From assembly GCA_018499905.2 (NCBI GenBank), contig JAHBAU020000005.1, positions 2,136 through 66,135 of the forward strand: a stretch of DNA of 64,000 bases, given 5' to 3'. The notes beneath the pieces were generated by a model. That model was not told the origin of the DNA. It ran no database searches and saw only the letters and a program-made list of their open reading frames with translations. The DNA comes from Candidatus Saccharimonadota bacterium (GTDB lineage Bacteria > Patescibacteriota > Saccharimonadia > Saccharimonadales > AQU-01). The translations under genes and the position numbers were made by a program. Position 1 is the first letter of the stretch; each line of letters starts with the position of its first letter. Positions 19,718 through 28,689 of the stretch are shown here, one piece after another.

Positions 19718-20452
19718 TTAGAAAAGAAGTAGTTTAATGCTCGCTGCAGTGATGACGCCAATCAAGACTATTTTTACCCAAGCAGTCCCCTTTTTTAAGG
19801 CTATTTTTGCGCCAATAGAGCCACCGATAGCCGCCCCGATTAACAACGGGATACCAATCGAAAAATCGACCGCTCCTTGGTTAATATAGGTGACGAGTGC
19901 GACGAGTGTTCCGGCGAGCCACATTACTGTTCCGGTGGCCGTCGCCTGCGTGACGTTTGTGCCAAAAAAGTACATGAGCGCGTATATCAAAAAAATGCCG
20001 CCGCCGGCACCAATCATGGTGCCATAAATCATAATGACAAATAACACGAATAGCCCGTGCAATTTTTTGCTGCGACTTTTTTGTCGGCTGACCAGCCCGA
20101 GCTTTTTGTCGTGGAGGAGTGTCGGAACGAGCAACAGTAAGATCAAACCGATCAACGGCTCCAAGGCCTGCTCATCGATCTTAAACAAAAGCTTCGGGCC
20201 AATCAGACCAGCCGCCAATGAAACAATAATCAGGTAAGGTGTATAACGCCAGATTATTTTATGCTTTTTGTAGTAACGATATGAAGATGTTAGGCCGCTG
20301 CTCAAAGCACTGAGCCTGGTCGTGGCAATCGCTGTGACTGGTGAGGAGCCCAGCAATATCAAGCCGGGCACCGAAATCAATCCGCCGCCGGTTGAAATAG
20401 CACTGACCATACCAGATGCCAGCCCCAGTAAAAATACAGCCACTATTTCCAT
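19718..20452 (-). CDS. Sulfite exporter TauE/SafE family membrane protein
   Basis: 244 aa, 7-8 TM, Gly-rich repeats typical of TauE (GGGLISVPGL, GAGGGIF). Confidence 0.75.
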   Translation of the reverse strand: MEIVAVFLLGLASGMVSAISTGGGLISVPGLILLGSSPVTAIATTRLSALSSGLTSSYRYYKKHKIIWRYTPYLIIVSLAAGLIGPKLLFKIDEQALEPLIGLILLLLVPTLLHDKKLGLVSRQKSRSKKLHGLFVLFVIMIYGTMIGAGGGIFLIYALMYFFGTNVTQATATGTVMWLAGTLVALVTYINQGAVDFSIGIPLLIGAAIGGSIGAKIALKKGTAWVKIVLIGVITAASIKLLLF

Positions 20453-20577
20453 GAAGCTTATGATAGCAGTTTACGGGGCAATAAACTGGACTTCGTTGGA
20501 ATAATCGACGCACGTGCCATCATCGTATTTGCAGACTCGGTCAAAGTTAAGTGTTAGCTAATGTTACTTCTGTAGTA

Positions 20578-21357
20578 TCAGCGGCCTTCAGCCTGTTCTG
20601 GCGTTAGTGTTGTTTGGTTCATGCAGCCTGCAGGCTTCTGCGCGTCTGCGTTGTAGAGTTCGAGTCCGGTTTCTGTTTCCCAATCGCTCATCATTTTTGC
20701 TAGCTCATTTAGCAAAGTGCTATCACCGGATTCAATGAGCGTGGCGGGGCATATATGAGTTGTTTTGCCATTTTCATCTTTGTTGACCTGGATTTCAAAG
20801 CGTATCAGGCCATTATTCTGCGTGGCCGGTTCGCCGAGCACATCGCCGGCCTTGACCGTGGCACCTTGGGCAACGGTGACATTGACCAAATGATCATAAC
20901 CAATCGTCCACTTGGAATTTTCTTTGGGCTGCAGAAAAACTTCGTAGTCTTTTGATTCCGGCTGCTCTTTGACAAACCCTATGACACCGTCAATGGCGGC
21001 TACCACCTTTGCGCCAGCTTTCAATGAGGCAAACTCAAAATTAGGATTAAGACGGCCGCCGCTTAAGGATTCGCCAAAAGCATAAAAGCCTTTCAGCCCT
21101 TTTGACTCATATTCACGGAGGGCTTGAGTGGTGATATCAACACTGGCTAGTGACGCAAGGCCAAAATTCTGGAGTACAACGTCAGCTTCCGGTGCCGTTG
21201 ATTGTTCAGATTTTCCGGTAGTTTGCTGAGTGGTTGGCTGTTTGTCTTCGGCCGACATCACCCGCCAGCCGACAATACCGATGACAGCTAGTACCACCAC
21301 ACCCAGTAGCAGCGCAAGGTGCAAGGAGCCTGTTTCTTGATGGTGCCCACGTTTCAT
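20578..21357 (-). CDS. Membrane-anchored hypothetical protein with degenerate M23/LytM-like barrel
   Basis: N-terminal TM. IGYDHLVNVTVAQGATVKAGDVLGEPA resembles the M23 core, but the metal ligands are not evident. Confidence 0.4.
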   Translation of the reverse strand: MKRGHHQETGSLHLALLLGVVVLAVIGIVGWRVMSAEDKQPTTQQTTGKSEQSTAPEADVVLQNFGLASLASVDITTQALREYESKGLKGFYAFGESLSGGRLNPNFEFASLKAGAKVVAAIDGVIGFVKEQPESKDYEVFLQPKENSKWTIGYDHLVNVTVAQGATVKAGDVLGEPATQNNGLIRFEIQVNKDENGKTTHICPATLIESGDSTLLNELAKMMSDWETETGLELYNADAQKPAGCMNQTTLTPEQAEGR

Positions 21358-21442
21358 ACGTGTAACTATAAGCACTTACCGCCCACTGCTCAATAGTAAC
21401 TTTCAGTATATTCTCAGAAATTTTCGTACAATAGGGGTAGTT

Positions 21443-22123
21443 ATGAGAATCCTGGTTGTCGAAGACGAGCACAAGATTGCCAATGCGATTAAGCGTGGCC
21501 TGGAGCAGCATGCCTATGCTGTCGATGCGGTGTATGACGGCGATGAAGGTTTGGCGATGGCTACGACCGAACCATATGACCTGATTATTCTCGATCGAAT
21601 GCTGCCAGGCAAAGTTGACGGCCTGGGGATTCTAAAGGAGCTGCGGACAGCGAAGATCCATACACCAGTACTACTCTTAACGGCCAAAGACCGCGTCCTA
21701 GACCGGACAGAAGGTCTAAACGCCGGAGCAGATGATTATCTGGGCAAGCCATTTGCCTTTATTGAACTATTAGCCAGGGTCCGGGCTTTGCTTCGCCGAA
21801 CGAATACGAAGACTGCCGTAACAGTTCTTGCCTATGAAGACCTTGAGCTCGATCCGCAAGCGATGACAGCCGCACGGGCAGGTAAGGATATCCGTTTAAC
21901 AGCCAAAGAGTTTGCATTGTTAGAGTATTTCATGCGACATGCCGAGCAAGTGCTCACCAAAGAAACCTTAATGCAGCACGTTTGGAATTACGATGCCGAT
22001 ATTTTACCCAACACTATTGAGGTATACGTGGGGTATTTACGCAACAAAGTTGATAAACCATTTACCGGACCCAATCTCATCCACAATCGTCGTGGTTTTG
22101 GGTATTATTTAGGAAAAGAATGA
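21443..22123 (+). CDS. OmpR-family response regulator
   Basis: Receiver domain (ILVVEDE, LIILDRMLPG, LTAK) plus a winged-helix output domain (VEVYVGYLRNKV). Confidence 0.9.
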   Translation: MRILVVEDEHKIANAIKRGLEQHAYAVDAVYDGDEGLAMATTEPYDLIILDRMLPGKVDGLGILKELRTAKIHTPVLLLTAKDRVLDRTEGLNAGADDYLGKPFAFIELLARVRALLRRTNTKTAVTVLAYEDLELDPQAMTAARAGKDIRLTAKEFALLEYFMRHAEQVLTKETLMQHVWNYDADILPNTIEVYVGYLRNKVDKPFTGPNLIHNRRGFGYYLGKE

Positions 22124-23148
22124 ACATAGTATTCCATAAAGAATCACTTAAACTGGCTGGTTTGTATCTGGCGATTGTCATGTCAATCAGCTTGTTCTTT
22201 AGCGGCATTGTCTACCAGCTGTCAGCACAAGAATTTAAGCGTGGCTTACTGCGGCCAGTGCAAGGCTATGAGCTGCAGCTTAATGATGGCATTATTGGAA
22301 ACTGGCGCGAGCAATTAATGGCCGAGCGGCAAGTGCAATATGATGCGGCTACCCATCGGATCATTCAAAGATTACTAATACTTAACTTGTTAATCTTTAT
22401 TGGCGGCGGTTTGCTTTGTTATTATTTGGCGGAGCGTACGCTGCGTCCCATTGAAGAAGCGCAGGAAACGCTTGAACGATTCACTGCTGACGCTAGTCAT
22501 GAATTGCGAACACCGCTAACGGTCATGAAAAGTGAGAATGAAGTGACGCTGATGGATCCAAAATTGACCATTGGTAAAGCCAAGGAACAGATCAAAAGCA
22601 ACATTGAAGAATTGGAAAAGCTGAGTGCATTGTCCGAAGGCTTACTCAAAATCGCTCGTTCAGGTTCGGATAACTTGGATATAAAAGCTGTTGATCCGGC
22701 GCAAGTTATGGCGATGGCACAAGATAGGGTATTGCCCTTGGCCGAGCAAAAGAAAGTTCTCATTAAAACTTCTGTGACAGGTTCACCAATGATCGCCGGC
22801 GACGAGGCCAGTCTGATTGAAGCACTGGTCATATTGCTCGATAACGCTATTAAATACAGCCCGCCTAGTAGCGAGATAACCGTCAGTGCTTTGCGACGCT
22901 CAAAAGAGGTAGTTGTAAGAGTGAGTGATGCAGGCATTGGCATACAAGCTGAAGATTTGCCGCATATTTTTGACCGCTTCTACCGCGCAGACGCCGCACG
23001 GAGCAAGCAAGACGCCGGTGGCTATGGCCTAGGCCTGGCTATCGCCAAAATGATCGTTGAAAAACACCATGGTTCGATTACTGTTGTTAGTAAACCAGGT
23101 AAAGGTGCTGTTTTTAGTATTACCCTTCCGGGCATTAATCAGAAATAG
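22120..23148 (+). CDS. Sensor histidine kinase (HisKA/HATPase_c)
   Basis: ATGA overlap with the regulator. H-box SHELRTPLT, N-box LDNAIKYS, G-boxes DAGIGI and GYGLGLAI. Confidence 0.9.
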   Translation: MNIVFHKESLKLAGLYLAIVMSISLFFSGIVYQLSAQEFKRGLLRPVQGYELQLNDGIIGNWREQLMAERQVQYDAATHRIIQRLLILNLLIFIGGGLLCYYLAERTLRPIEEAQETLERFTADASHELRTPLTVMKSENEVTLMDPKLTIGKAKEQIKSNIEELEKLSALSEGLLKIARSGSDNLDIKAVDPAQVMAMAQDRVLPLAEQKKVLIKTSVTGSPMIAGDEASLIEALVILLDNAIKYSPPSSEITVSALRRSKEVVVRVSDAGIGIQAEDLPHIFDRFYRADAARSKQDAGGYGLGLAIAKMIVEKHHGSITVVSKPGKGAVFSITLPGINQK

Positions 23149-23153
23149 CTGCA

Positions 23154-23175
23154 CCGACACGCATGTCGGCTTTTC
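23154..23175 (+). terminator. Intrinsic terminator after the two-component operon
   Basis: CCGACA-CGCA-TGTCGG followed by CTTTTCT. Confidence 0.55.
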
Positions 23176-23218
23176 TCGGACTCTTCAGCTACGCACGCCA
23201 TACAGATTAGGGCAGTTA

Positions 23219-24136
23219 CTAGCTAATAGTAGCTAACAATGCTCGGGCTGTTTCCCAATTGGATCTATCTTTGGAATCGTGGCCGGCAGCAGTCCATAAT
23301 AGGGTAGCGTTTGGTGCTTGCTGGGACAATCGATAGGCGTTGATGGGTGGACAGACCATGTCGTAGCGACCCTGGACGATATAGATTGGCATTGTCAGCT
23401 TATTGGCATTATCCAGAATATGATTGTCGGGCATGAAACAGCCATTTGCTAGGTAGTGACTTTCAATGATGTTTGGAAGTGGATCAAACTTTAGACTATC
23501 CACATCTGTTACTCGATCGTCAAGCCGCAGAACTGACAGCTCCAACTGGCTGTGAGCCATGGCCGATTCTTGGGCCGCAGTTACATCGTCACCAAACATG
23601 CGCTTGAAATGGTATTCACTTGGATTGTCTTGGTAGGATCTTGGTACAGTCGCAACGTATTGATCCCAGACCTCAGGGAAAAAGATTGCAAAGCGACCCT
23701 TTTCCATATGGTCAATTTCGGACTGGCTGCCGGTAAACACTCCGCCAATAATCATCTGTGTTACCCGCGTAGGATGTTTCAGAGCAAATGCGAGTGCGAG
23801 GCACGCTCCCCAGGAGCGACCAAATAAAACAAAAGTCTTGACGCCATATTCGTCAGCAATTGTCGCTAGGTCATTGATCAAATCATTGGTCGTGTTGTTC
23901 TTGATAGAACCATATGGTGTACTTTTGCCACAGCCGCGTTGATCAAAAAAGATGACGCGGTGTTTCTGCGGATCGAAAATAGTCTTGCTGCTATCGCTGC
24001 AACCAGACCCAGGTCCACCATGTAGGAATATGAATGTCTGCTTGGCATTGGGATTGCCCCATGCTTGAGTGTATAGTTCGTGTCCATCACCGACGGCAAC
24101 GGTTCGTTCTTCAATGGTATATTGGTCAGGTTTCAT
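23219..24136 (-). CDS. pip: Proline iminopeptidase (alpha/beta hydrolase, S33)
   Basis: HGGPG oxyanion motif and nucleophile elbow GRSWGA. Length and C-terminal His context fit Pip. Confidence 0.8.
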   Translation of the reverse strand: MKPDQYTIEERTVAVGDGHELYTQAWGNPNAKQTFIFLHGGPGSGCSDSSKTIFDPQKHRVIFFDQRGCGKSTPYGSIKNNTTNDLINDLATIADEYGVKTFVLFGRSWGACLALAFALKHPTRVTQMIIGGVFTGSQSEIDHMEKGRFAIFFPEVWDQYVATVPRSYQDNPSEYHFKRMFGDDVTAAQESAMAHSQLELSVLRLDDRVTDVDSLKFDPLPNIIESHYLANGCFMPDNHILDNANKLTMPIYIVQGRYDMVCPPINAYRLSQQAPNATLLWTAAGHDSKDRSNWETARALLATIS

Positions 24137-24843
24137 AGTGCTAGCTCCTTTTCGGCTTGTGTTATGTATTGTACGCAGGCATTAGCCAATATGGCTAGCG
24201 TATCAATCGCATGACTATCAAATGACACCAAGGCGTCTTGAATCAGCGGCAGCTCGGTGCAGCCAAGAATTGCCACGCAGTCACTATTTGAATCTAGAAA
24301 CGCGTGTACTTGTTTAGCAACAAGTCTTGCCCGGGTTAGCTCGCCCCGCTTAACCAGGCGAATTATCTCCATAACTTGCCGCTGCAAGTGTGGTTTTGGC
24401 AATAGACAATCAATGTCGTTATCGGCGCAGAGTTGCTGGTAGACATTGGCGCGCACAGTACCGATTGTTGCCAGCAGCACAACCTTTTTAATATTGTTTT
24501 GAACAAGATCACTGATGACAAGTTCTGGTAAGTTGAGGATGTTAGTCGTCGGTTCAGGGGCAAGTCGGCCCATTATTGCGGGCGCGCAGGCCGTATTGCA
24601 CGGCACGCAAATAACTTGCGCGCCAGCTTGTTCGAGTGTTTGCAGGTTTGCTTGCATACGCGGTAACGGATCTGGTCCGATGCCAAGTAAGAAATCGCTC
24701 CGATCGGGAATGCCGCCATCGTTCAAGCTAATGATTACCGGCAACTCCTGGTCGCTGCCCGGCAGTCTATCCAAGAGCAGCTGCTCGAACTGCACGGTGG
24801 CCCTAGGGCCCATACCACCTAAGATTCCAATTGTCGGTCTCAT
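24133..24843 (-). CDS. Aspartate/glutamate racemase family protein (Asp racemase-like)
   Basis: GILGGMGP, with two catalytic Cys contexts VPCNTA and LGCTELP. 4-nt overlaps with both neighbours. Confidence 0.8.
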   Translation of the reverse strand: MRPTIGILGGMGPRATVQFEQLLLDRLPGSDQELPVIISLNDGGIPDRSDFLLGIGPDPLPRMQANLQTLEQAGAQVICVPCNTACAPAIMGRLAPEPTTNILNLPELVISDLVQNNIKKVVLLATIGTVRANVYQQLCADNDIDCLLPKPHLQRQVMEIIRLVKRGELTRARLVAKQVHAFLDSNSDCVAILGCTELPLIQDALVSFDSHAIDTLAILANACVQYITQAEKELAL

Positions 24844-26030
24844 GGCGAATTACTCCGCGCACGACTAATCTGCCTATCCAAAATATTCAGTTGCGTCATA
24901 GTAAGTTGAAGATTGACATCAGGCACATATAACCCGCCTTCAGCTAGAACATCGTACTGAGTAACGTAGCCAGTACTGCCCTGTGCAGGCATTAGTTCTG
25001 GCAAATTATCCCTGGCGATTGCCAACTGCGCCTCGACAGCTGCTTCAGTCGCCTTAAATCCAGCAAGTGTTTGGGTCCGAGCTTCGGGATCTTGACTTGC
25101 GGGGCTAGAAAAAAATTCACGTCGTCGATCATGCGTTTCTGCAAGCATGGCCGTCTGTTCTTCTGCAGCCGCAAGTAACTGGTCGAGCACTGGCTGTTGT
25201 GCAGTCGTAGTTGCGAATTTTGCATGTGCACTTGGAACGAGCTGCACATCTAACTGCGGGGGCAGCCGACTCCCAAACGATGTTTCTGAGCGTATAGATG
25301 CGTAGAGAGCGTCAAGAGTATCAGTTAAGGTGCCGATGTAGCGCACCATGTCTGGGCCCGACAAATGGAAAATTGTCTCACGCTCAGTATCCAACGCCTC
25401 TATCACAAAGTTAATCGCGATATCTACAGCATTAGGCACTAAGGCTGCGGCTTCCGGCGAGCGTGGATCATCGAGCAGCTGCAGCACCCGGCCGCTCTGG
25501 GCCAACGCTCTGGCTTCGCTCGCACGATTTTGGGCTATACCGTCCGAATTGACGACGCGACGAAACAACTCAGGCTGCCGTTCGAGGGCTAGCTGAATGA
25601 TTTCTGCAGATATGGTCTCGTGTGTACGCAGGTATTCTGTATTACTAAACATTTTGGCGCCAGGGATCGCTGCTTCTACGGCGGCAATGTGAAGCTCATC
25701 GACGAACTGCACGGGTCTAGTGGCATCGTGTGTGACCGTTGTTTGTTGTGCTGCGGCACGGCTCACAATAACACCTAGTCCTGAAACTTGTTCGCTCTGG
25801 GATCTGTTCAGTACCAGTTCTGGAAAGTAGCTGGTGTCAACACCAGTGATAGTGTGATCAACTGCAAGTATAGGTATGCCGGCAGCAGCCAAAGTTAGAT
25901 TGTAGGGACGTAGGTTGCCGACGTGTGCCGAACGTACGACACTGTAGCCTTCGGCCATGCGTGCAGAGAGGTCCGCGATGCTGACATCGGGATTAATATT
26001 TATTACAATTCTGGGTTCGATTTCTGACAT
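24840..26030 (-). CDS. Hypothetical protein (396 aa), first gene of the racemase/iminopeptidase operon
   Basis: Long ORF with AAAGGA RBS, translationally coupled to the racemase gene. No domain recognised. Confidence 0.6.
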   Translation of the reverse strand: MSEIEPRIVININPDVSIADLSARMAEGYSVVRSAHVGNLRPYNLTLAAAGIPILAVDHTITGVDTSYFPELVLNRSQSEQVSGLGVIVSRAAAQQTTVTHDATRPVQFVDELHIAAVEAAIPGAKMFSNTEYLRTHETISAEIIQLALERQPELFRRVVNSDGIAQNRASEARALAQSGRVLQLLDDPRSPEAAALVPNAVDIAINFVIEALDTERETIFHLSGPDMVRYIGTLTDTLDALYASIRSETSFGSRLPPQLDVQLVPSAHAKFATTTAQQPVLDQLLAAAEEQTAMLAETHDRRREFFSSPASQDPEARTQTLAGFKATEAAVEAQLAIARDNLPELMPAQGSTGYVTQYDVLAEGGLYVPDVNLQLTMTQLNILDRQISRARSNSP

Positions 26031-26046
26031 GGGAATTTCCTTTCAC

Positions 26047-26075
26047 AAAAAAACCGCCTGGGTGTATCCAGGCGG
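26047..26075 (-). terminator. Intrinsic terminator/attenuator 16 nt upstream of the 26030 start codon
   Basis: Minus strand reads CCGCCTGG-ATACAC-CCAGGCGG followed by TTTTTTT, then GTGAAAGGAAATTCCC-ATG. Confidence 0.75.
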
Positions 26076-26229
26076 CCAAATGCTCTTTTGTAGTTACTTA
26101 GTGGTTAGGTCGTCAATTCATGACAATATGAGCAATGGCCGCGCTGATAGCGGGTAAACTTGTTCCAATGCTTATACTGACTTGATTGAACCATAAACGA
26201 GATTCTAACACGAAATTTTGTGAATGCAA
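26076..26229 (-). promoter_or_regulatory. Candidate leader region: promoter, 29-codon uORF and anti-terminator segment
   Basis: TTGCAT (26224-26229), 16 nt, TAGAAT (26202-26207), then ATG at 26194 seven nt later. The uORF runs to 26105. GCGGCCATTGCTC (26130-26142) can pair with GAGCATTTGGCCGC (26072-26085). Confidence 0.35.
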
Positions 26230-26233
26230 ATTT

Positions 26234-27007
26234 TTATTTTAGTTGCACGGTTTGATTTTCGGCGACTTCCAGGGCAATTGTGTCACCCTGGTCTAGGCTT
26301 TCCCAGGCTTCAGGTGAAAGTCTCAATGTTGTTCGCAGCACCTCACGAGGATTAGTTTCGTCATCGTAAAATGGATTCCTGACAGTGACCGACACTATGT
26401 ACCAGGCTGTTTGCTCGATTCGCTGCAGCTCACTTATGCCACCAATGCACTGCGCATTAATCGCAGGTTGCCGTGGCTTATCTATCGTAATTTCTACTGG
26501 AGCAGGGCAACTCTGAATCGTCGTTGTAACCAGCTGCTGGTAATCGTAACGATCCTCGTAAACAGCTTCACAATGGCTATAATCGTCTGAGTTGCACCAG
26601 AAGTCATCCCGACATTCTAAATCATCACTTTCGTCATAATCCCAAGAAAGCCCCCCAAAGCCATATTCAATGTCATAGTCCCATTCGTCGTCTGCAGACT
26701 CGTCTTCGTACCAGCCATCATATGTATCTACTGACGGCTCTTCATATACATCTTCGGGCTGAACACTATTGTCAACTTCTTCACAGCCAGTAAAATCAGT
26801 GTAGTGTCGTTTGTTGCGAATTTGACCGCCCCAAGGCATCGAAGATTCGCCAGTGTGCTGCACCCAATCATCCTGCAAAATTTTGGAATCAATGCCATAA
26901 GCAAAGCCGACAACACGTCCTTCTTGCTCTTGGACTTCAGGACCGCAGGCTACAGTCGCCCCGGCAAGTAGCCCTGCTGCACCAACCAAACCAGCCAACC
27001 TTCTCAT
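26234..27007 (-). CDS. Acidic, Cys/Trp/Tyr-rich putative lipoprotein
   Basis: Lipobox-like LLAGATVAC after MRRLAGLVGAAG. Has a DE/WY-rich core (WYEDESADDEWDYDIEYGFGGLSWDYDESDD) and 8 Cys in the mature part. Confidence 0.6.
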   Translation of the reverse strand: MRRLAGLVGAAGLLAGATVACGPEVQEQEGRVVGFAYGIDSKILQDDWVQHTGESSMPWGGQIRNKRHYTDFTGCEEVDNSVQPEDVYEEPSVDTYDGWYEDESADDEWDYDIEYGFGGLSWDYDESDDLECRDDFWCNSDDYSHCEAVYEDRYDYQQLVTTTIQSCPAPVEITIDKPRQPAINAQCIGGISELQRIEQTAWYIVSVTVRNPFYDDETNPREVLRTTLRLSPEAWESLDQGDTIALEVAENQTVQLK

Positions 27008-27042
27008 AGGTATATAATACAATAATCTACAAAATTAACAAG

Positions 27043-27405
27043 CTATACTTTGACGCGAACAAAGATCATTTCGTGTTCTTTGTCCGATGGATTATGAATT
27101 TTGTGCTTGGTGTTGGCCGGGAATACAATGACATCGCCAGGTTCATATGAATACGCACCATCGTCATCATGCACCTCGCCTTCGCCAGACAAAACCACCA
27201 TAATCTCTTCAATATTGGTATGGTCGTGCCAATCAAAGGTTCTGCCGGCAGGCAAAAAGCCGTGCGTCATCATCTCAAAATGCATGCTCTTCAGATGCTC
27301 TGGCGAGGCGTACACTTTGCGCGCTCCGCTGCCACCATGCGCTTCTTCCTTTTCAATACTATTAGCGGGCCGTTTGATGATTTTCATAGCTCTAGAGATT
27401 TTCAA
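27043..27405 (-). CDS. Cupin domain protein
   Basis: Cupin motifs HDHTNIEEIMVVLSGEG and GDVIVFPANTKHKIHN. Confidence 0.8.
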   Translation of the reverse strand: MKISRAMKIIKRPANSIEKEEAHGGSGARKVYASPEHLKSMHFEMMTHGFLPAGRTFDWHDHTNIEEIMVVLSGEGEVHDDDGAYSYEPGDVIVFPANTKHKIHNPSDKEHEMIFVRVKV

Positions 27406-27946
27406 TTACTTCAGGCAACTCCAAGCAGGAGCTTTCGCCATTGACTGCGCCTGACATGTGTCCGGCGGCGTGCTTGATGATGAGTTTGGCGCCCAATTCT
27501 TCTTCTAGGCGCGCACCATATTGTTCAGAAACAAAGGGATCATCGTCGGATTGTATGACTACAAATCCTTCTTTGGTTTTAGGCTTAATTTTTGCAAAAT
27601 CTAAACGAGTTTCAAAGTAGTTTTCCAGTTCTTTGAATCCCAATTGGTCGGTAAAAGCAGCGACCAAAATCGCTTTACGTATCTGTTTGCCCTCTGGCAG
27701 CGATTCGAGGTAGCGCATGATGGTTACTGTGCCTATACTGTGGCCAATCAACAGCAACTCGTCATCGGGCTCGCCAATAATTTCTGCTAAATGCGGCAAC
27801 CATGTTGCCAGCACCGGCGGATCTGGATCAGGCATGTTTGGCACTGTCACTTGATAGCCTAATTTCTCCAGCTCCGTTTTAACCCACGGGTACCAAGCAT
27901 AGTTCGAATTTCCGCCCCAACAATGTACAATAATCGCTCGTTTCAT
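27392..27946 (-). CDS. Alpha/beta hydrolase, YdeN/RBBP9-like serine hydrolase
   Basis: IVHCWGGNSNYAWYPW N-terminus, GHSIG nucleophile elbow, about 180 aa. Confidence 0.75.
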   Translation of the reverse strand: MKRAIIVHCWGGNSNYAWYPWVKTELEKLGYQVTVPNMPDPDPPVLATWLPHLAEIIGEPDDELLLIGHSIGTVTIMRYLESLPEGKQIRKAILVAAFTDQLGFKELENYFETRLDFAKIKPKTKEGFVVIQSDDDPFVSEQYGARLEEELGAKLIIKHAAGHMSGAVNGESSCLELPEVIENL

Positions 27947-27948
27947 TA

Positions 27949-28689
27949 TTAACCCAATACTTTCAGGCTCATGCCGCCGTCAATGACGAGGATCTCGCCG
28001 CAAACCGCGTCATTTTTAGCCAAGAACACTGCACCGTCGGCAATTTCATCTGCTTCAATCCAGCGGTTGATGAGATGTGCTTCAGCTCTTTCTTTCATAT
28101 AATTCTCACTCATCTCACCCCATTGAGGTGTATGCGTTTGACCAGGAGAAATTGTGTTTACCAGTATGTCCGGCGCTAATTCTTTCGCAAGTGTTTTCAT
28201 GTACTGATCTAATGCGATCTTCATAGAAGAATATGCGACAGTAGTTGGCTTGGCATGACCAAGCGTTCCATGCACAGACGAAATGAAAATAATTTTGCCT
28301 TGCTTCATCATTTTACGGGAATGATTTGTAACTCGAATTTGCGCAAGAAAGTTTGTCGCAAATATTTTCTCAAACACAGATAGATTTTCTGGGTTGTCAT
28401 CTTCATCAAAGATGCCGGCGTTGTTTATGAGCACATCAATCGACGAGAATGATTTACTGATCTCAGCAAACATTCGTTCGACTTCATCGCTCTTTGTAAT
28501 GTCTGCTTGTAAAGCAATTGCCTTGACGCCCAGTTTCTCGGCTTCTGCCACCACTGTTTTAGCAGCAGCTTCGTCGCGAGCATAGTTAGCAATCACATTG
28601 GCGCCTTCTGTGGCAAAGGCAAGCACACAAGCTCGTCCTATGCCTTTTGATCCGCCAGTGACTAGTACGGTTTTGTTAGCAAGTTTCAT
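27949..28689 (-). CDS. Short-chain dehydrogenase/reductase (FabG-like)
   Basis: TGGSKGIG cofactor motif, NNAG, catalytic YSSMK. Confidence 0.9.
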   Translation of the reverse strand: MKLANKTVLVTGGSKGIGRACVLAFATEGANVIANYARDEAAAKTVVAEAEKLGVKAIALQADITKSDEVERMFAEISKSFSSIDVLINNAGIFDEDDNPENLSVFEKIFATNFLAQIRVTNHSRKMMKQGKIIFISSVHGTLGHAKPTTVAYSSMKIALDQYMKTLAKELAPDILVNTISPGQTHTPQWGEMSENYMKERAEAHLINRWIEADEIADGAVFLAKNDAVCGEILVIDGGMSLKVLG

